This document shows, in pieces, positions 29,184 through 39,454 of a stretch of 64,000 nt of DNA. Numbering within the stretch: position 1 is the first letter of the stretch; each line of letters opens with the position of its first letter. The DNA comes from a virus, in the IMG/VR virus record IMGVR_UViG_3300050343_000265, positions 19,954 through 83,953 of that record; one strand, 5' to 3'. Below the pieces are notes generated by a model that was not told where the DNA came from, did no database searches, and saw only the letters and a list, made by a program, of their open reading frames with translations. The translations under genes and the position numbers were made by a program.

Positions 29184-30488
29184 CTAGTGAGTAGCAGCCC
29201 AGTTTTCACCATGATCAGCTGATGCAGCCATAGGTACTCGCAGGTTGTAGTACTTACCAGCCTCAGGTGCTGCTGCTTCTAACAACCGTTTCATTCGATC
29301 AACCTCAGCAGGTACTACAGACATCTGAACTTCATCGTGTACGTAAGCGCAGCGAGTGTAGTCACGGTCATAGGTAAGTCCCGCATCGTCTAACATCTGC
29401 TGTCCAATTACCACCCATCGCTTGGAGATGATTGCTCCGGCAGACTGAAGTAAGAAGTTGGGACTACTGTGCTCAGCACGACAGAATATAGGACGCCCAT
29501 CAAGGCCCCTAAGACGACCAGTTGAGCGAACTTTAAGTTTAACTGCATCTACTAATGGCTCCAATCCAGGGATAGCGTCAAGGAATTTGCGGCGGAGTTC
29601 ACCGCCAAGTGTTTTCTTCTGTGCATCTGATAGCTCAGGCTGCAGACTATGGCCAAGCTTTACATCACCTGCTCCATAAATGAATGCGTAGGTCAGCGTC
29701 TTGACTTGTGTACGTGTACATCCCACACGATCAGCATTTTGCTGGTGAATGTCACCGTTGACGACAACTTCAGCGAAGGAGCCCTGGTCAAAGGCGGCCA
29801 AGTAGTGCCCTAATAGGCGTAATTCCAGGCCTTCAAGGTCAGCTCCGACCATTACATGACCAGGGTGAGGTACAAATAGTTCACGTGCCCATGGTGCAGA
29901 TACAACCTGGCCCAAGTTGGGACCACGATGAATATTTCTAGATGTTTGAGTAGCAAGAATGCAGCTGTGGTGGATACAACCATCGTCTTCCATAGAGTTG
30001 AACCATGAATTGGTTCCCTCCGACAGCTGACCTAACCACTTCTGCAAGGTCAACAAACGAATAAACATCTCACATTCGTCATGCAGTTTTTGGTTACCAG
30101 CAGACAATGCAATGTCTCTTACTTCAGAGAGAGTTGCCTCATCAACTTTTGGCTTACCAGTCTCAGTAACTTTAGTGAAGCGTGCACCACGGAATGTTTG
30201 CAAAGCCCAAACAATATTTAGGCGTGACGTAGGGTTAAAGTCAGTCAAGCGCGTCATAGAAGCACCTGCTACATAGCCTTTCTTTTTATCAGCACGCTTT
30301 GGAGTAAATACTTTACCAGGTACGTACAGATAAATTGATTTGATTTTATCTGTTAAATCATCAAACTCTTGCTGCAGTTTCGTACGTACACGTACAGCAG
30401 CCTCAGTGTCAAATCTAAATCCACTTGCTTCCTGCTGAGCCATAAGCTCGGCCATCCGCATTTCAAGAGCAACGTAATCAGGCATCAT
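29184..30488 (-). CDS. polA: DNA polymerase family A, polymerase domain
   Basis: Motif A DLEGLELR, motif B KTLTYAFIYG, motif C VHDE. Confidence 0.95.
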   Translation of the reverse strand: MMPDYVALEMRMAELMAQQEASGFRFDTEAAVRVRTKLQQEFDDLTDKIKSIYLYVPGKVFTPKRADKKKGYVAGASMTRLTDFNPTSRLNIVWALQTFRGARFTKVTETGKPKVDEATLSEVRDIALSAGNQKLHDECEMFIRLLTLQKWLGQLSEGTNSWFNSMEDDGCIHHSCILATQTSRNIHRGPNLGQVVSAPWARELFVPHPGHVMVGADLEGLELRLLGHYLAAFDQGSFAEVVVNGDIHQQNADRVGCTRTQVKTLTYAFIYGAGDVKLGHSLQPELSDAQKKTLGGELRRKFLDAIPGLEPLVDAVKLKVRSTGRLRGLDGRPIFCRAEHSSPNFLLQSAGAIISKRWVVIGQQMLDDAGLTYDRDYTRCAYVHDEVQMSVVPAEVDRMKRLLEAAAPEAGKYYNLRVPMAASADHGENWAATH

Positions 30489-30717
30489 TATTTTTTAGCT
30501 GGTTGAATCCAAAGTTGAGATCTTTCTCTTTAGCCGCCCTGTCTGCTCGATTCTTATGACCAAGCTTTGCTACAGACTCCATAACCTTTAAGCAGTCCTC
30601 TGTAGTAGCTCCTTCTGGCATACGCGAGTGAACGATATTAAATAGCGGAAAGAAAATCTCCGCTGCCTCTGTCATTTCTTCAGAGTTGAGTGGATCTGAT
30701 TTCTTAGGAATAGTCAT
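30478..30717 (-). CDS. Hypothetical protein between the exonuclease and polymerase halves
   Basis: Overlaps both flanking genes. Confidence 0.6.
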   Translation of the reverse strand: MTIPKKSDPLNSEEMTEAAEIFFPLFNIVHSRMPEGATTEDCLKVMESVAKLGHKNRADRAAKEKDLNFGFNQLKNNDA

Positions 30718-31234
30718 TCATTCTCCTTTGCAATAGTTCGTATAGCTTTACTGTTACTTTTGTATCTTGGATGCAATAGTCAAGCATCTCAGGAGTGTAA
30801 GTAGACCAGTCATTACTGGTGTTCTTAGCAAAGTCTCCTTTGAAGCACTTTAATCTATAGCCCCATGCCTCTAGGCTATGTGAGCCGTAGAGCCTTTGTG
30901 GCATTCCAATAGGTCTTCTTTCATAATCTCGCTCACTAATGTGAGGATAATACAAGCGAGACAGAGTAAGTGTGTCAAGGTAAGAACCTCTTGGTGCAAA
31001 CTCTGGAAACTGTTCTTTAAGAAGTGGTACATCGTATCCCAGAATATTGTGGCCAATAAGAACATCAGCACGCTCAAGGGCTTTTACACCTTGAATGACT
31101 GCACGTTCTGGTTTGCAGTCAAAAACTTCTGCTTCTTCTACATTAGCGATATCACGAATCACAATACAGTGAATTGTAGAACCGACACGCAGTAAGCCAG
31201 TACTTTCAATATCAAATAATAGTTCAGTTGTCAT
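30704..31234 (-). CDS. PolA 3'-5' exonuclease domain (stand-alone)
   Basis: ExoI FDIES, ExoII HNILGYD, HSLEAWGYRL, ExoII/III YCIQD. Confidence 0.9.
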   Translation of the reverse strand: MTTELLFDIESTGLLRVGSTIHCIVIRDIANVEEAEVFDCKPERAVIQGVKALERADVLIGHNILGYDVPLLKEQFPEFAPRGSYLDTLTLSRLYYPHISERDYERRPIGMPQRLYGSHSLEAWGYRLKCFKGDFAKNTSNDWSTYTPEMLDYCIQDTKVTVKLYELLQRRMNDYS

Positions 31235-31754
31235 AGATGGTTTCTACCGCTGGTTTGTCTGGGGATGGGTCTGGATATAATTTTTTATCAATTTTACGAT
31301 TGGCATGTTTGTTGACTGAGAGCCTCGGGTCTTCGTCTTCGAAGTGAGGTTCAATAGCAATGTCTAATTCGCGTGCTAGGCGTGCAGCTCTACGGAATTC
31401 ATCCTTGTAGTAGGGCTCCCAGTCAGATGCAAGAACAACAATCTTTCGAATACCCATGATGTGTGCTTGAAAGACAGAGGCAGAAAAGGGATATCGCGTT
31501 GAGTAAATAGTTGCACCAGTCATAGGTGTGCCTCGCTTGCATGCGCCAGCAATGGCATAGCAAACGGGATCAATCTCTACCTGAGAGTCAGTTAGCAACG
31601 AGCGTCCATCGCCCATGATCTCTCGATCACGCACAATTACACACCCGCCAGGGCATGACGGATGAGTTGAGGCAGCTCCAACAGCTTTAGCAATATCAAT
31701 AAAATGTTGCTCCTTATTTTTTATATAAGTGGGATCACCTTTAGGTGCTGTCAT
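31224..31754 (-). CDS. dCMP-deaminase-like protein lacking Zn ligands
   Basis: STH...GCVIVRD, GATIYST.YP, GIRKIV retained; HAE and PCxxC absent. Confidence 0.65.
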   Translation of the reverse strand: MTAPKGDPTYIKNKEQHFIDIAKAVGAASTHPSCPGGCVIVRDREIMGDGRSLLTDSQVEIDPVCYAIAGACKRGTPMTGATIYSTRYPFSASVFQAHIMGIRKIVVLASDWEPYYKDEFRRAARLARELDIAIEPHFEDEDPRLSVNKHANRKIDKKLYPDPSPDKPAVETIYDN

Positions 31755-31812
31755 ATCACATTTGGGAGTGGTTACTCTTATATTAGGTAGTGAAACACAT
31801 GATTGCGGATAC

Positions 31813-32133
31813 ATGGATTACATCAAATTCACTAAAGACATGGAAGAATATAATGATTGGAATCGTCTCGATGGACCGCACTCAGTAAACGATGCGTGGT
31901 TAGATTTTGGTACGACTGATCGTGTGCATAGCCCAAGCCATTACACATCAGGTAAGCAGGAAGTGATTGATGTTATCGAAGACACAATCAAGAATGCACC
32001 TGACGTGACGCAAGGAATGCTTCAAGGACAAGTGATGAAATATCTGATGCGACTATGGCTTAAGGACAACCCAGCTGAAGATGCTAAGAAAGCACGGTGG
32101 TATCTCGATCGCCTGATTAGCAAGATGAGTTAG
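31813..32133 (+). CDS. DUF3310 / T7 gp1.7-like protein
   Basis: VHSPSHYTSG..EVIDVI...KYLMR..K...EDAKKARWYL. Confidence 0.8.
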   Translation: MDYIKFTKDMEEYNDWNRLDGPHSVNDAWLDFGTTDRVHSPSHYTSGKQEVIDVIEDTIKNAPDVTQGMLQGQVMKYLMRLWLKDNPAEDAKKARWYLDRLISKMS

Positions 32134-32543
32134 CACCTTACAAATCTGAATAAACCATTTTCACAAGTAAGAGTCTCATGCTCTTGCTTGTGCTCTAGTA
32201 GTTTGTTGAAGATATGATCAGAAGCAATAGAAGTGTGCTTGAACTCAACTGTAATGCCTTGATCAAACCCTGGCAACTCTGGGTCATACCATTTAACAGG
32301 ACGTAAATATTCCCATGGGTCCAAGCCCTGAGAGACCCATGCATTCAACTCTTCTAATCGTTGTGCAGTCTTAATGATATGAGCTTCGTGAGCAATTTCA
32401 ATAGGCAAGGACTTGAATTCATTATTGCTTAGCAATGCATGCTTCCACATCAATGAACCATCCTTGTGGATCAAACGACATGGATGAACACGACTGCCAG
32501 ATGGCATTGTATAGAAAGCTTCAGGAGATATATGCCTACTCAT
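32130..32543 (-). CDS. Hypothetical protein
   Basis: ORF track, coupled to upstream gene. Confidence 0.6.
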   Translation of the reverse strand: MSRHISPEAFYTMPSGSRVHPCRLIHKDGSLMWKHALLSNNEFKSLPIEIAHEAHIIKTAQRLEELNAWVSQGLDPWEYLRPVKWYDPELPGFDQGITVEFKHTSIASDHIFNKLLEHKQEHETLTCENGLFRFVRC

Positions 32544-33214
32544 TACACGTCTCCCCTGTGCTCTTCGTAATGTTCTAGGTCTTTGAACCAGTTATCACCA
32601 GCATACTCATTGTATATAATCCTACCGATGTCACGGAAGGTGTTATGGAATAAAGTGACCTTATCAATATCACTAATGGTTGCATCCAAAGGTGGGCCAT
32701 AGATTAATACATTCCAGGTTGAAGGGCAAACTGATTCAAAGCCCTTAGAAGTAGCTCGAAGTTGTTTAATGCGACGAAAAGGAATACAAACAGGATAATC
32801 CCATATAACCGGAGTCGCTCTGACGATTTCTGATGCACTAGTAAAAAATACAAAACTGTTTATATGGTTATTGCGATACTCATTAATAGTTTTGTTTAAC
32901 CACACACGAGTGTTTCGCACTGCACCCTTAGGTGCTACCCAGACATTTCCATGCCAGTGTTCCTGGAGTGGGTTTGTCTCCAACGATGGAACAGACGTTG
33001 CATCTACCAATACCTGCTGAACAGGATCAGATGTTGGGTCATAGTCGATAGAGCCCATGACTTGACGAGCTCTTTCGATTAATTGCGGCGTTGGATAAAG
33101 AGGTAGTTTTAAACCACTCTCTTTAAGCTTAGCTTGTAAATTCTGCTGCGAGCGCTCGGAAGCCTTCTTGGCTCCCACCTGCTTCGACTGCAAATGTTCT
33201 TGTTCCAGCATCAC
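32543..33214 (-). CDS. Phage Dam-like adenine methyltransferase homologue with degenerate NPPY
   Basis: ARQVMGSIDYDPTS...WHGNVWVAPKG. Confidence 0.6.
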   Translation of the reverse strand: MMLEQEHLQSKQVGAKKASERSQQNLQAKLKESGLKLPLYPTPQLIERARQVMGSIDYDPTSDPVQQVLVDATSVPSLETNPLQEHWHGNVWVAPKGAVRNTRVWLNKTINEYRNNHINSFVFFTSASEIVRATPVIWDYPVCIPFRRIKQLRATSKGFESVCPSTWNVLIYGPPLDATISDIDKVTLFHNTFRDIGRIIYNEYAGDNWFKDLEHYEEHRGDV

Positions 33215-33551
33215 TGATCAAGGTAATTAGTACATTTTTTGACCAGTCATTCTCATCAATTTCTTCCAGCAGTTTACGCAGGAACTCAACTACATCGGTG
33301 TCTTCATTCGCTTCTGCAGCATTAATATCTGCTTCCAGTGAAGTGCCTGACATAAAAGTAGTAGAGTCGTTGCACAGATTAATTACCAGTGACCCTGCAC
33401 CTTCTGCAAGCACTCCATTTGAAGCGATATTAATTAGATCAGTAAGAATCAGTTCAGCAGTAGCAGCAAGAAACTTTTGCTCTTGCTCCTTCTCTTCTCC
33501 GAATTTGTCTGAATGAATTAATTGCTGAAGTAGATCTGTACGTCTAGACAT
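33129..33551 (-). CDS. Hypothetical protein
   Basis: ORF track. Confidence 0.6.
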   Translation of the reverse strand: MSRRTDLLQQLIHSDKFGEEKEQEQKFLAATAELILTDLINIASNGVLAEGAGSLVINLCNDSTTFMSGTSLEADINAAEANEDTDVVEFLRKLLEEIDENDWSKNVLITLISDAGTRTFAVEAGGSQEGFRALAAEFTS

Positions 33552-33583
33552 AATGTAATGACTCTTTCAATAGGATAAGTTAA

Positions 33584-34399
33584 TTAAAACTCTGATGTGG
33601 GATCTTCATCATTAGTTTCGTGATCTTCTGGTTGTTCAAACAAGCCTGGAGAATCTGGTTTCGTCTGACTGATGTGACGTCCGTTAAGCATATCTACCAT
33701 GACAGCTTCAAAACGTTCATCAAACATTGAGTTTGGATTAAGTATGAGATCTTCCCGTTGATCCAACCCTTCAGACATAGCAATCTTCTCCTGTTCTTTT
33801 ACTGCTTGCTGGATCATATACTCAGCAATCTGTTGCCTTAGTGTATGCAACTCACATGCAAGTTCAAAACTTTCTAGATAGCTATCGTGGTCTACAAATA
33901 CCCCAATATTTTGAGGAATAAGATGGAAGGGATTGCAACAATACTTGTTCCCACAAGTAGTTTTAACACCAGTGAATCCAAGATCACCCCATGTAAACCA
34001 CATCGCAACACGTTGAGGATGGTGCTGTGTCGATGATGAGATGCCATGCCTTCTCCATGCAAATTGAGGTTGCTTAGTTCTTTTATTTATGCATCCGTTC
34101 CATTCCCAGCATTCATCTGGATCAGCCATGTCTACTAATGACCAGAACCTAAGAGCTTTTACTCGATTCTTTTTTAGTAACTTTGATATATCAAAGGACA
34201 TTCGCCCTTCACGTGCACCGGCTACGCAGCGAACACAAGCCTGGTGGCTGTCATAGCGCATGCTGTGGGAAGAGAATCTCCCAAGGGAATGTCCTGAGTA
34301 AAGGCAAAGCTCTCCCTCCTCAGCTGTATTAGACATCTGTTTGACGCGCCTGCCATAAGCATGACCGCCAACTTTTTTAGAAGGTTGAGCCTCAGCCAT
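33584..34399 (-). CDS. His-Me finger/HNH-like Zn-binding protein, degenerate active site
   Basis: DECWEWNG...PQRVAM...VKTTCGNKYCCNPFHL. Confidence 0.6.
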   Translation of the reverse strand: MAEAQPSKKVGGHAYGRRVKQMSNTAEEGELCLYSGHSLGRFSSHSMRYDSHQACVRCVAGAREGRMSFDISKLLKKNRVKALRFWSLVDMADPDECWEWNGCINKRTKQPQFAWRRHGISSSTQHHPQRVAMWFTWGDLGFTGVKTTCGNKYCCNPFHLIPQNIGVFVDHDSYLESFELACELHTLRQQIAEYMIQQAVKEQEKIAMSEGLDQREDLILNPNSMFDERFEAVMVDMLNGRHISQTKPDSPGLFEQPEDHETNDEDPTSEF

Positions 34400-34635
34400 T
34401 AGAAAGATCCCTCAGGTTTTACATATGTCCCACCATGAGGTGGGTATTGATCTTCAGTGTCGAGTGATTCGAGTTGATTATTAATCATGTACTCGTAACG
34501 AGTGGAGTTCTCGTATTTGATTCGAACTAATTTTGAGCTTGGGGTGTAATACTCTGGTCGTCCAACAACCAAAGCATTCATCCCATTAGTTTGCACACGG
34601 ACACGCAGCCCAATTTTGATATCGGAAGCAAGCAT
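34399..34635 (-). CDS. Small SH3/KOW-like protein
   Basis: IKIGLRVRV...ALVVG pattern. Confidence 0.45.
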   Translation of the reverse strand: MLASDIKIGLRVRVQTNGMNALVVGRPEYYTPSSKLVRIKYENSTRYEYMINNQLESLDTEDQYPPHGGTYVKPEGSF

Positions 34636-34664
34636 ATTAATACCTTATATATTGTTTAGTTTAA

Positions 34665-36899
34665 TTAGAAGTCGTTCAAGATATGGGATTCATCTAAAGG
34701 ATCATCCTTTGGACGTTGCCAAATACGAATCGATTTAGATTTACCATTAGCGTCTTTCCTGCTTGTTACCAAACGACGCCACCCCATTGACTGAAGTACA
34801 TCAGCAACACGGCGTCCTTCACGACGTGACTGGTTGCGAGGGTCAAGCTCCAGTGCATGTGTAAGCACATCGGCTGCAGTGACCTCTTGCTTGATTGAAA
34901 CGTAAGCTCCAATCTTGTCTAACCAAGGATCTGGATCACCAAACTCTTGGATGTATTCCGAGATTGCAGCAATCTCACCACTGTTGAATTCATATCCAAC
35001 GCCGCTACGGTAAGCATGTACCGCCGCTGCCCATAGACTATCTCGTTCTTGCTCTAATTGCTTCCAAGGAATCTGAAATCCTCCTGCAATTTCTAGTGGA
35101 ACGAATCGTCTATTGCCAGTACTGTCAACAAGAAATTGATTCCTATTGGTAGTACCAATCATCACAAAGCGACGTGGCAACTTCGATGGGAGTGATGCAT
35201 ATGGATAACGAACCTCATCTACCCGACTTGTGATTAGGTTCTTAAAGTTCTCAATGTTCCTGACATTGAAGTAGTTATCAATCTCAGGTAGCTCAAGCAG
35301 CCATGCCATATGCAGGCGGTACTGCTCTTTCATCAGAGTCTCCAAGGGAATGGTGATCTCTGCGAACAGGGCATCAGGTACCAAGTTCCTTGCGAACATG
35401 GACTTACCTACACCCTGAGCACCCACAAGAATGGGTAGCCAGGACATGGATGCACCTGGGTTGTAGGCACGAGCTACTGCACCAATCATCATGCGTTGCA
35501 TGGCAAGAGTTGCTAGCTGATGCTTGTTACCTAGGAAGACTTCTCCAATACGGTCCCAATCTTTATGTGGGATCGCATGTGCTGCACAACTATCGAGGTA
35601 CCGAGTGATCGGGCAGTAACCGTTTTTACCTGCTGCGTACTGAATAGCTGACTTGATACGCGGCTCAGGAATGAAGACCCCGTACTCACAAGCAAGCTTG
35701 GTAGTCATGATGTCTAGGTCATTACCTTCGAGCTGAACAACTTTCCCGTTGGGGTCGTCATACTCAATGGCATTCGTAAGTCTGTTCTTACGTAGACCAG
35801 TCAAGATTGCTTTGACTTTATCTACGTCAGCCTCACGTTCTTTGGCAGCATCATCACTGCTTTTCTTTGGTCGTCCACGTTTGGCAACCTTTTTGGAATC
35901 CGGTAAGGGTTCCGGTTCAAACTGCATAGTTTCTCCTTTTGCTTGTCGTATAACCTCTTCAAAACTGACCAAAGGATCAGTCTCTGTATAACCAACTGCT
36001 CCACCAGATGCACCAAAGCGCACATCACGGGGAAGCTTACTAGTCCAATTAGGATCTTGCTTTTTTGCAAGCGAATACAGTTTAGTATGCCCAGCATATT
36101 TGCCGAGACCTTTCCACTTAAACGCACGAATGTTTTCTTCTTTGTGACCGTGGTGGCCACGAATGACCCAGTCAACCCAGTCATCAAATAGAACGCCACC
36201 TACGCCAGCACAAGCTGCCATGACAGGCACGTAGTAAGACTCGTACTCATCGTCATCAGATGGACGCAGGAACTCTCGAAGGAGCCACTGACATCGTCTT
36301 ACGTCAATATCCTCACAGTCTGAATGTACAAACTCTGTAGGTTCGTCGTAATCAATGTCAGTCAGTAGGAATTCAGGAACCAATGCACCATCATTAAGAC
36401 GATGACGGGTAGCTGTATTGCCATACCAAAGGCGCTCAGGCTTTTGTCCGCAGTTATCTTTGAGATCATCGAGCTGCAGATCGGCAAGCAAACGGTTAAC
36501 GATTAACCAGTAAGCACCACGATGCTGTCTAGAAGATTCAAGATCAATTTCTAATGCAAAGATTGCACGGAATCTGTGCTCTTCTTCTGTGTGACTTGCA
36601 GAAGTATAAGTAGCAAGGCACCACTCTTTAGCAGTTGTGGTTTCCCAAAACTTATCAAGAGTAGTGTCGCCATCAAAGTCAATGACAATGATGTTGCTAC
36701 CAGCTGCATTATCTGCACGCCTGTGTCGATCAATAAAATGAGTGGCGCACCAGCCGTAGCCATGCTCCACCCATCCAAGTAGCCAGTCAATGCTGACTAA
36801 TACATTTGACCAACCACGAGCAACCAGTTGTGGGTTGCTTTTATTTTGGCAGTTCTTATTGACTGCTATCTTCAGTATCTTTTGCACTCTCCATCTCAT
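34665..36899 (-). CDS. Primase-helicase (AEP/PriCT N-terminus + VirE/VapE ATPase)
   Basis: IDFD, YTSASH, RFR; Walker A GAQGVGKS; GTTN...DSTGNRRF. Confidence 0.85.
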   Translation of the reverse strand: MRWRVQKILKIAVNKNCQNKSNPQLVARGWSNVLVSIDWLLGWVEHGYGWCATHFIDRHRRADNAAGSNIIVIDFDGDTTLDKFWETTTAKEWCLATYTSASHTEEEHRFRAIFALEIDLESSRQHRGAYWLIVNRLLADLQLDDLKDNCGQKPERLWYGNTATRHRLNDGALVPEFLLTDIDYDEPTEFVHSDCEDIDVRRCQWLLREFLRPSDDDEYESYYVPVMAACAGVGGVLFDDWVDWVIRGHHGHKEENIRAFKWKGLGKYAGHTKLYSLAKKQDPNWTSKLPRDVRFGASGGAVGYTETDPLVSFEEVIRQAKGETMQFEPEPLPDSKKVAKRGRPKKSSDDAAKEREADVDKVKAILTGLRKNRLTNAIEYDDPNGKVVQLEGNDLDIMTTKLACEYGVFIPEPRIKSAIQYAAGKNGYCPITRYLDSCAAHAIPHKDWDRIGEVFLGNKHQLATLAMQRMMIGAVARAYNPGASMSWLPILVGAQGVGKSMFARNLVPDALFAEITIPLETLMKEQYRLHMAWLLELPEIDNYFNVRNIENFKNLITSRVDEVRYPYASLPSKLPRRFVMIGTTNRNQFLVDSTGNRRFVPLEIAGGFQIPWKQLEQERDSLWAAAVHAYRSGVGYEFNSGEIAAISEYIQEFGDPDPWLDKIGAYVSIKQEVTAADVLTHALELDPRNQSRREGRRVADVLQSMGWRRLVTSRKDANGKSKSIRIWQRPKDDPLDESHILNDF

Positions 36900-37608
36900 G
36901 AAATTGTTGGGCTCTTTTCAAAAACTTTGCTTCGAATCTGTCCAGCTGATCGGTATCTATAAAGATACCTTGAGAGGTTTCTGGAGTAGAGACAATAATC
37001 AAAGCTACATCACATTTATATCCTGTTCGTTCAGCTAACGCGAGGCGGTAAGCCGCCATTTGCTGAGCGCACTTTTGATACTTCCTAAATCCACCAAAAC
37101 CTAAGCGGTCTCCTTTCTCAGGAAACACAGCAGAGTAAGGAGCGTTACTGGTTTTAAAGTCAGCAATTATCTTTACCCCACCTATCTCTCCGATCAAGTC
37201 AGGACAACCAGCGTACAAATGTTCTGTTGACCAGACATATGCAACTTCGCGGTCATCGCTTCTGAGGTGATTCCAGTCAGGACGCAAAGGACGTTCCGAC
37301 CAATGAAGTGTATCAAACCAATCTAGGTATGGTGTGATTCCATTCCAGAAGTCTTGATATTCTTCAGAAACTCCGGGATCTAATCCACGGAGATAGTTTT
37401 CACAACCAAGGTGAATAGCAGAGCCACGAGTTGAGGCTGCTTCTAATGCACCAGGGTTGTTCTTCTGCCAGTTACGTAAGCCAGCCTTAGCCTTTTCAGT
37501 TTCTGTAGCAGACAGGACTGTTGTAACCGAAGGCATATACAGACCTGAACAAAGGTACTTTCTATAGCCGCTCGGAGTTTGTATCCGATACGGCTTATCA
37601 GTAGTCAC
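36856..37608 (-). CDS. PD-(D/E)xK exonuclease
   Basis: PSVTTVL, RGSAIH, YAGCPD, ADFKTS, QMAAY. Confidence 0.85.
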   Translation of the reverse strand: MTTDKPYRIQTPSGYRKYLCSGLYMPSVTTVLSATETEKAKAGLRNWQKNNPGALEAASTRGSAIHLGCENYLRGLDPGVSEEYQDFWNGITPYLDWFDTLHWSERPLRPDWNHLRSDDREVAYVWSTEHLYAGCPDLIGEIGGVKIIADFKTSNAPYSAVFPEKGDRLGFGGFRKYQKCAQQMAAYRLALAERTGYKCDVALIIVSTPETSQGIFIDTDQLDRFEAKFLKRAQQFHEMESAKDTEDSSQ

Positions 37609-37975
37609 CCTCTTCTACCTGCTCTTGAAAGTTCTGCGAATACGTTGCGCCTGTATCTGTAACAGTGGTTTGCTCCTGAAACATGGCATACAGTTGCCCC
37701 ACTGCGTTACCTACTGCTTCTGTTACCTGTCCAATTGCTTCAACACGCTGAGTCATAAACGAAACTTCGTTCCTCATATCTGCAACTTCTTGACGCAATG
37801 CAATGGTGTGATCCATCAGGGAAGGCACTTTTGGAAGGGGCCTTGTTGCTAGTGGTCGTTGCGGAGCATCGGGTACAACGGGTTCAGCAGGAACGGTTGC
37901 TTGTGCTCCTGCGATGATCTGTGCAATGCGTGCCTGCATTTCAGGTGGCAAGTTATCCATATTTGAATTAGTCAT
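37598..37975 (-). CDS. Coiled-coil hypothetical protein
   Basis: ORF track, coupled. Confidence 0.6.
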   Translation of the reverse strand: MTNSNMDNLPPEMQARIAQIIAGAQATVPAEPVVPDAPQRPLATRPLPKVPSLMDHTIALRQEVADMRNEVSFMTQRVEAIGQVTEAVGNAVGQLYAMFQEQTTVTDTGATYSQNFQEQVEEGDY

Positions 37976-38715
37976 TAGAATTCAGTTTCCTCTTCTACTT
38001 TTTTAGTTGCAGTTGTTGTCCCTACATGGGCTCCACGTTTGTCGGTTCCACCAGCAGGAAGACCTTTCTCATCGACTTGTTTGCCATCGAAAGGATCCTT
38101 GCCTTCAAAGAAATTAGGAAGCCAGATGGTGTCCTTCTCTTTGTCCCAAGTTGACTTAATTTTATCTGGCACCTTACGGACCTTCGGTAGGATGCTGTAT
38201 GTAGTTTCCAGACCGGCTCCCTTGCGGCTAATCTTAATTGAAAAATTAGCAAGTCCGTCTTCTGTCCAAGTGTAGTCTTCAATTTCTTGAAGAATTTCTG
38301 TGAGCTGTTCTCTAAGTGATTTTTGTTCAATGAAAAGTACCTCTAAACGACCGCGAGCTGCACTAGTGCCAACCCAAGCGAGGAATCGCCGGGGCTTGAC
38401 ATAAGTTCCATCGATTTTTGGTCGATCGGGCTTGGACCAATCGGTCTCTCGTGCGATGTCTTCGGGCTGCCCAGGATGAGTGCGAGTAACAACGTAGCCG
38501 TTGAAACGCAAATCACCAGTCTTAGCATCACGGCATTCGGATGCGTACTGCCAACCCACGATTGCGTGACCTGTTTCGTAGCAGCCGAGTAGCCGGAACT
38601 CTTCTGACTCTCCGTCTTTAAGACTGCTTGGTTTCCAATAAGGTTGTGGTTCTCTTGTTTCAATTTTATCTTGGTTTTTCTCCAGCATTTCTGGAGGTAG
38701 GACTTGTAGCGCCAT
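37975..38715 (-). CDS. Putative phage ssDNA-binding protein
   Basis: FRLLG, IKISRKGAGLETTYSILP, acidic tail EEETEF; next to exonuclease. Confidence 0.55.
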   Translation of the reverse strand: MALQVLPPEMLEKNQDKIETREPQPYWKPSSLKDGESEEFRLLGCYETGHAIVGWQYASECRDAKTGDLRFNGYVVTRTHPGQPEDIARETDWSKPDRPKIDGTYVKPRRFLAWVGTSAARGRLEVLFIEQKSLREQLTEILQEIEDYTWTEDGLANFSIKISRKGAGLETTYSILPKVRKVPDKIKSTWDKEKDTIWLPNFFEGKDPFDGKQVDEKGLPAGGTDKRGAHVGTTTATKKVEEETEF

Positions 38716-38768
38716 ATTGATGTTATTTAGACTCTACAAATATAAGTAATACAAAGGATAAATGTGAG

Positions 38769-39434
38769 CTATGAAGCTAATACTTTGTGTCCATACCAGA
38801 CAACTAAACTATACCGATTACCTTCTCTAAGCATATTGACTCGGTGCTCACATTTAGAAGGGAAGACCACGAAGTCTCCGTATTTCATTTTGAATACGCG
38901 GATATTAGAATCACTACCGTCTTTAATAAATAATTCAGCACCGTCATACATCTCAGAAGAACTCAGGCATACACTGATGCTTAGCTCCCTAACAAAATCA
39001 GTAACGTCATCATCATAATAGTCTTGATGCCAGTCATAATGATCGGTGACTTCATCGTAGATAGTAAATTGATATTCCCTAGCTGAGTCGGAGATATTTA
39101 AATTAAAGTATCCTACGTTGATTTCTTGAACCAGCTTGTCAATAAGATCAGTAGCTTCTTGAGATTTTTTTAGCCAATGTAATTTTCCTTTTCTTATAGT
39201 TAGATCAAGATCATCACCAGACTCATCATCTTCAGAGTCGCCTATACAAGCCAGGGACAGTTCGTCAACTTCAATAACTTCTTTAGCAATTATCTCATCA
39301 ATTAGTTGTGCAGTATCAAGAGATAGCCGTCCACTAACAATGTTATCTGTAACTAAATCAATATCAAAGGCAGGGTAATTGGTAAACATAAGTGTCCATT
39401 TTTTAGCATTAAAAAAGGTCTCACGTGAGACCAT
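38769..39434 (-). CDS. 2OG-Fe(II) oxygenase (PKHD type)
   Basis: YDWHQD, LSISVCLS, FPS..EHRV, RYSLVVW; start may be 39389. Confidence 0.85.
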   Translation of the reverse strand: MVSRETFFNAKKWTLMFTNYPAFDIDLVTDNIVSGRLSLDTAQLIDEIIAKEVIEVDELSLACIGDSEDDESGDDLDLTIRKGKLHWLKKSQEATDLIDKLVQEINVGYFNLNISDSAREYQFTIYDEVTDHYDWHQDYYDDDVTDFVRELSISVCLSSSEMYDGAELFIKDGSDSNIRVFKMKYGDFVVFPSKCEHRVNMLREGNRYSLVVWYGHKVLAS

Positions 39435-39454
39435 TTTGGGTATATTCAGTTCGC

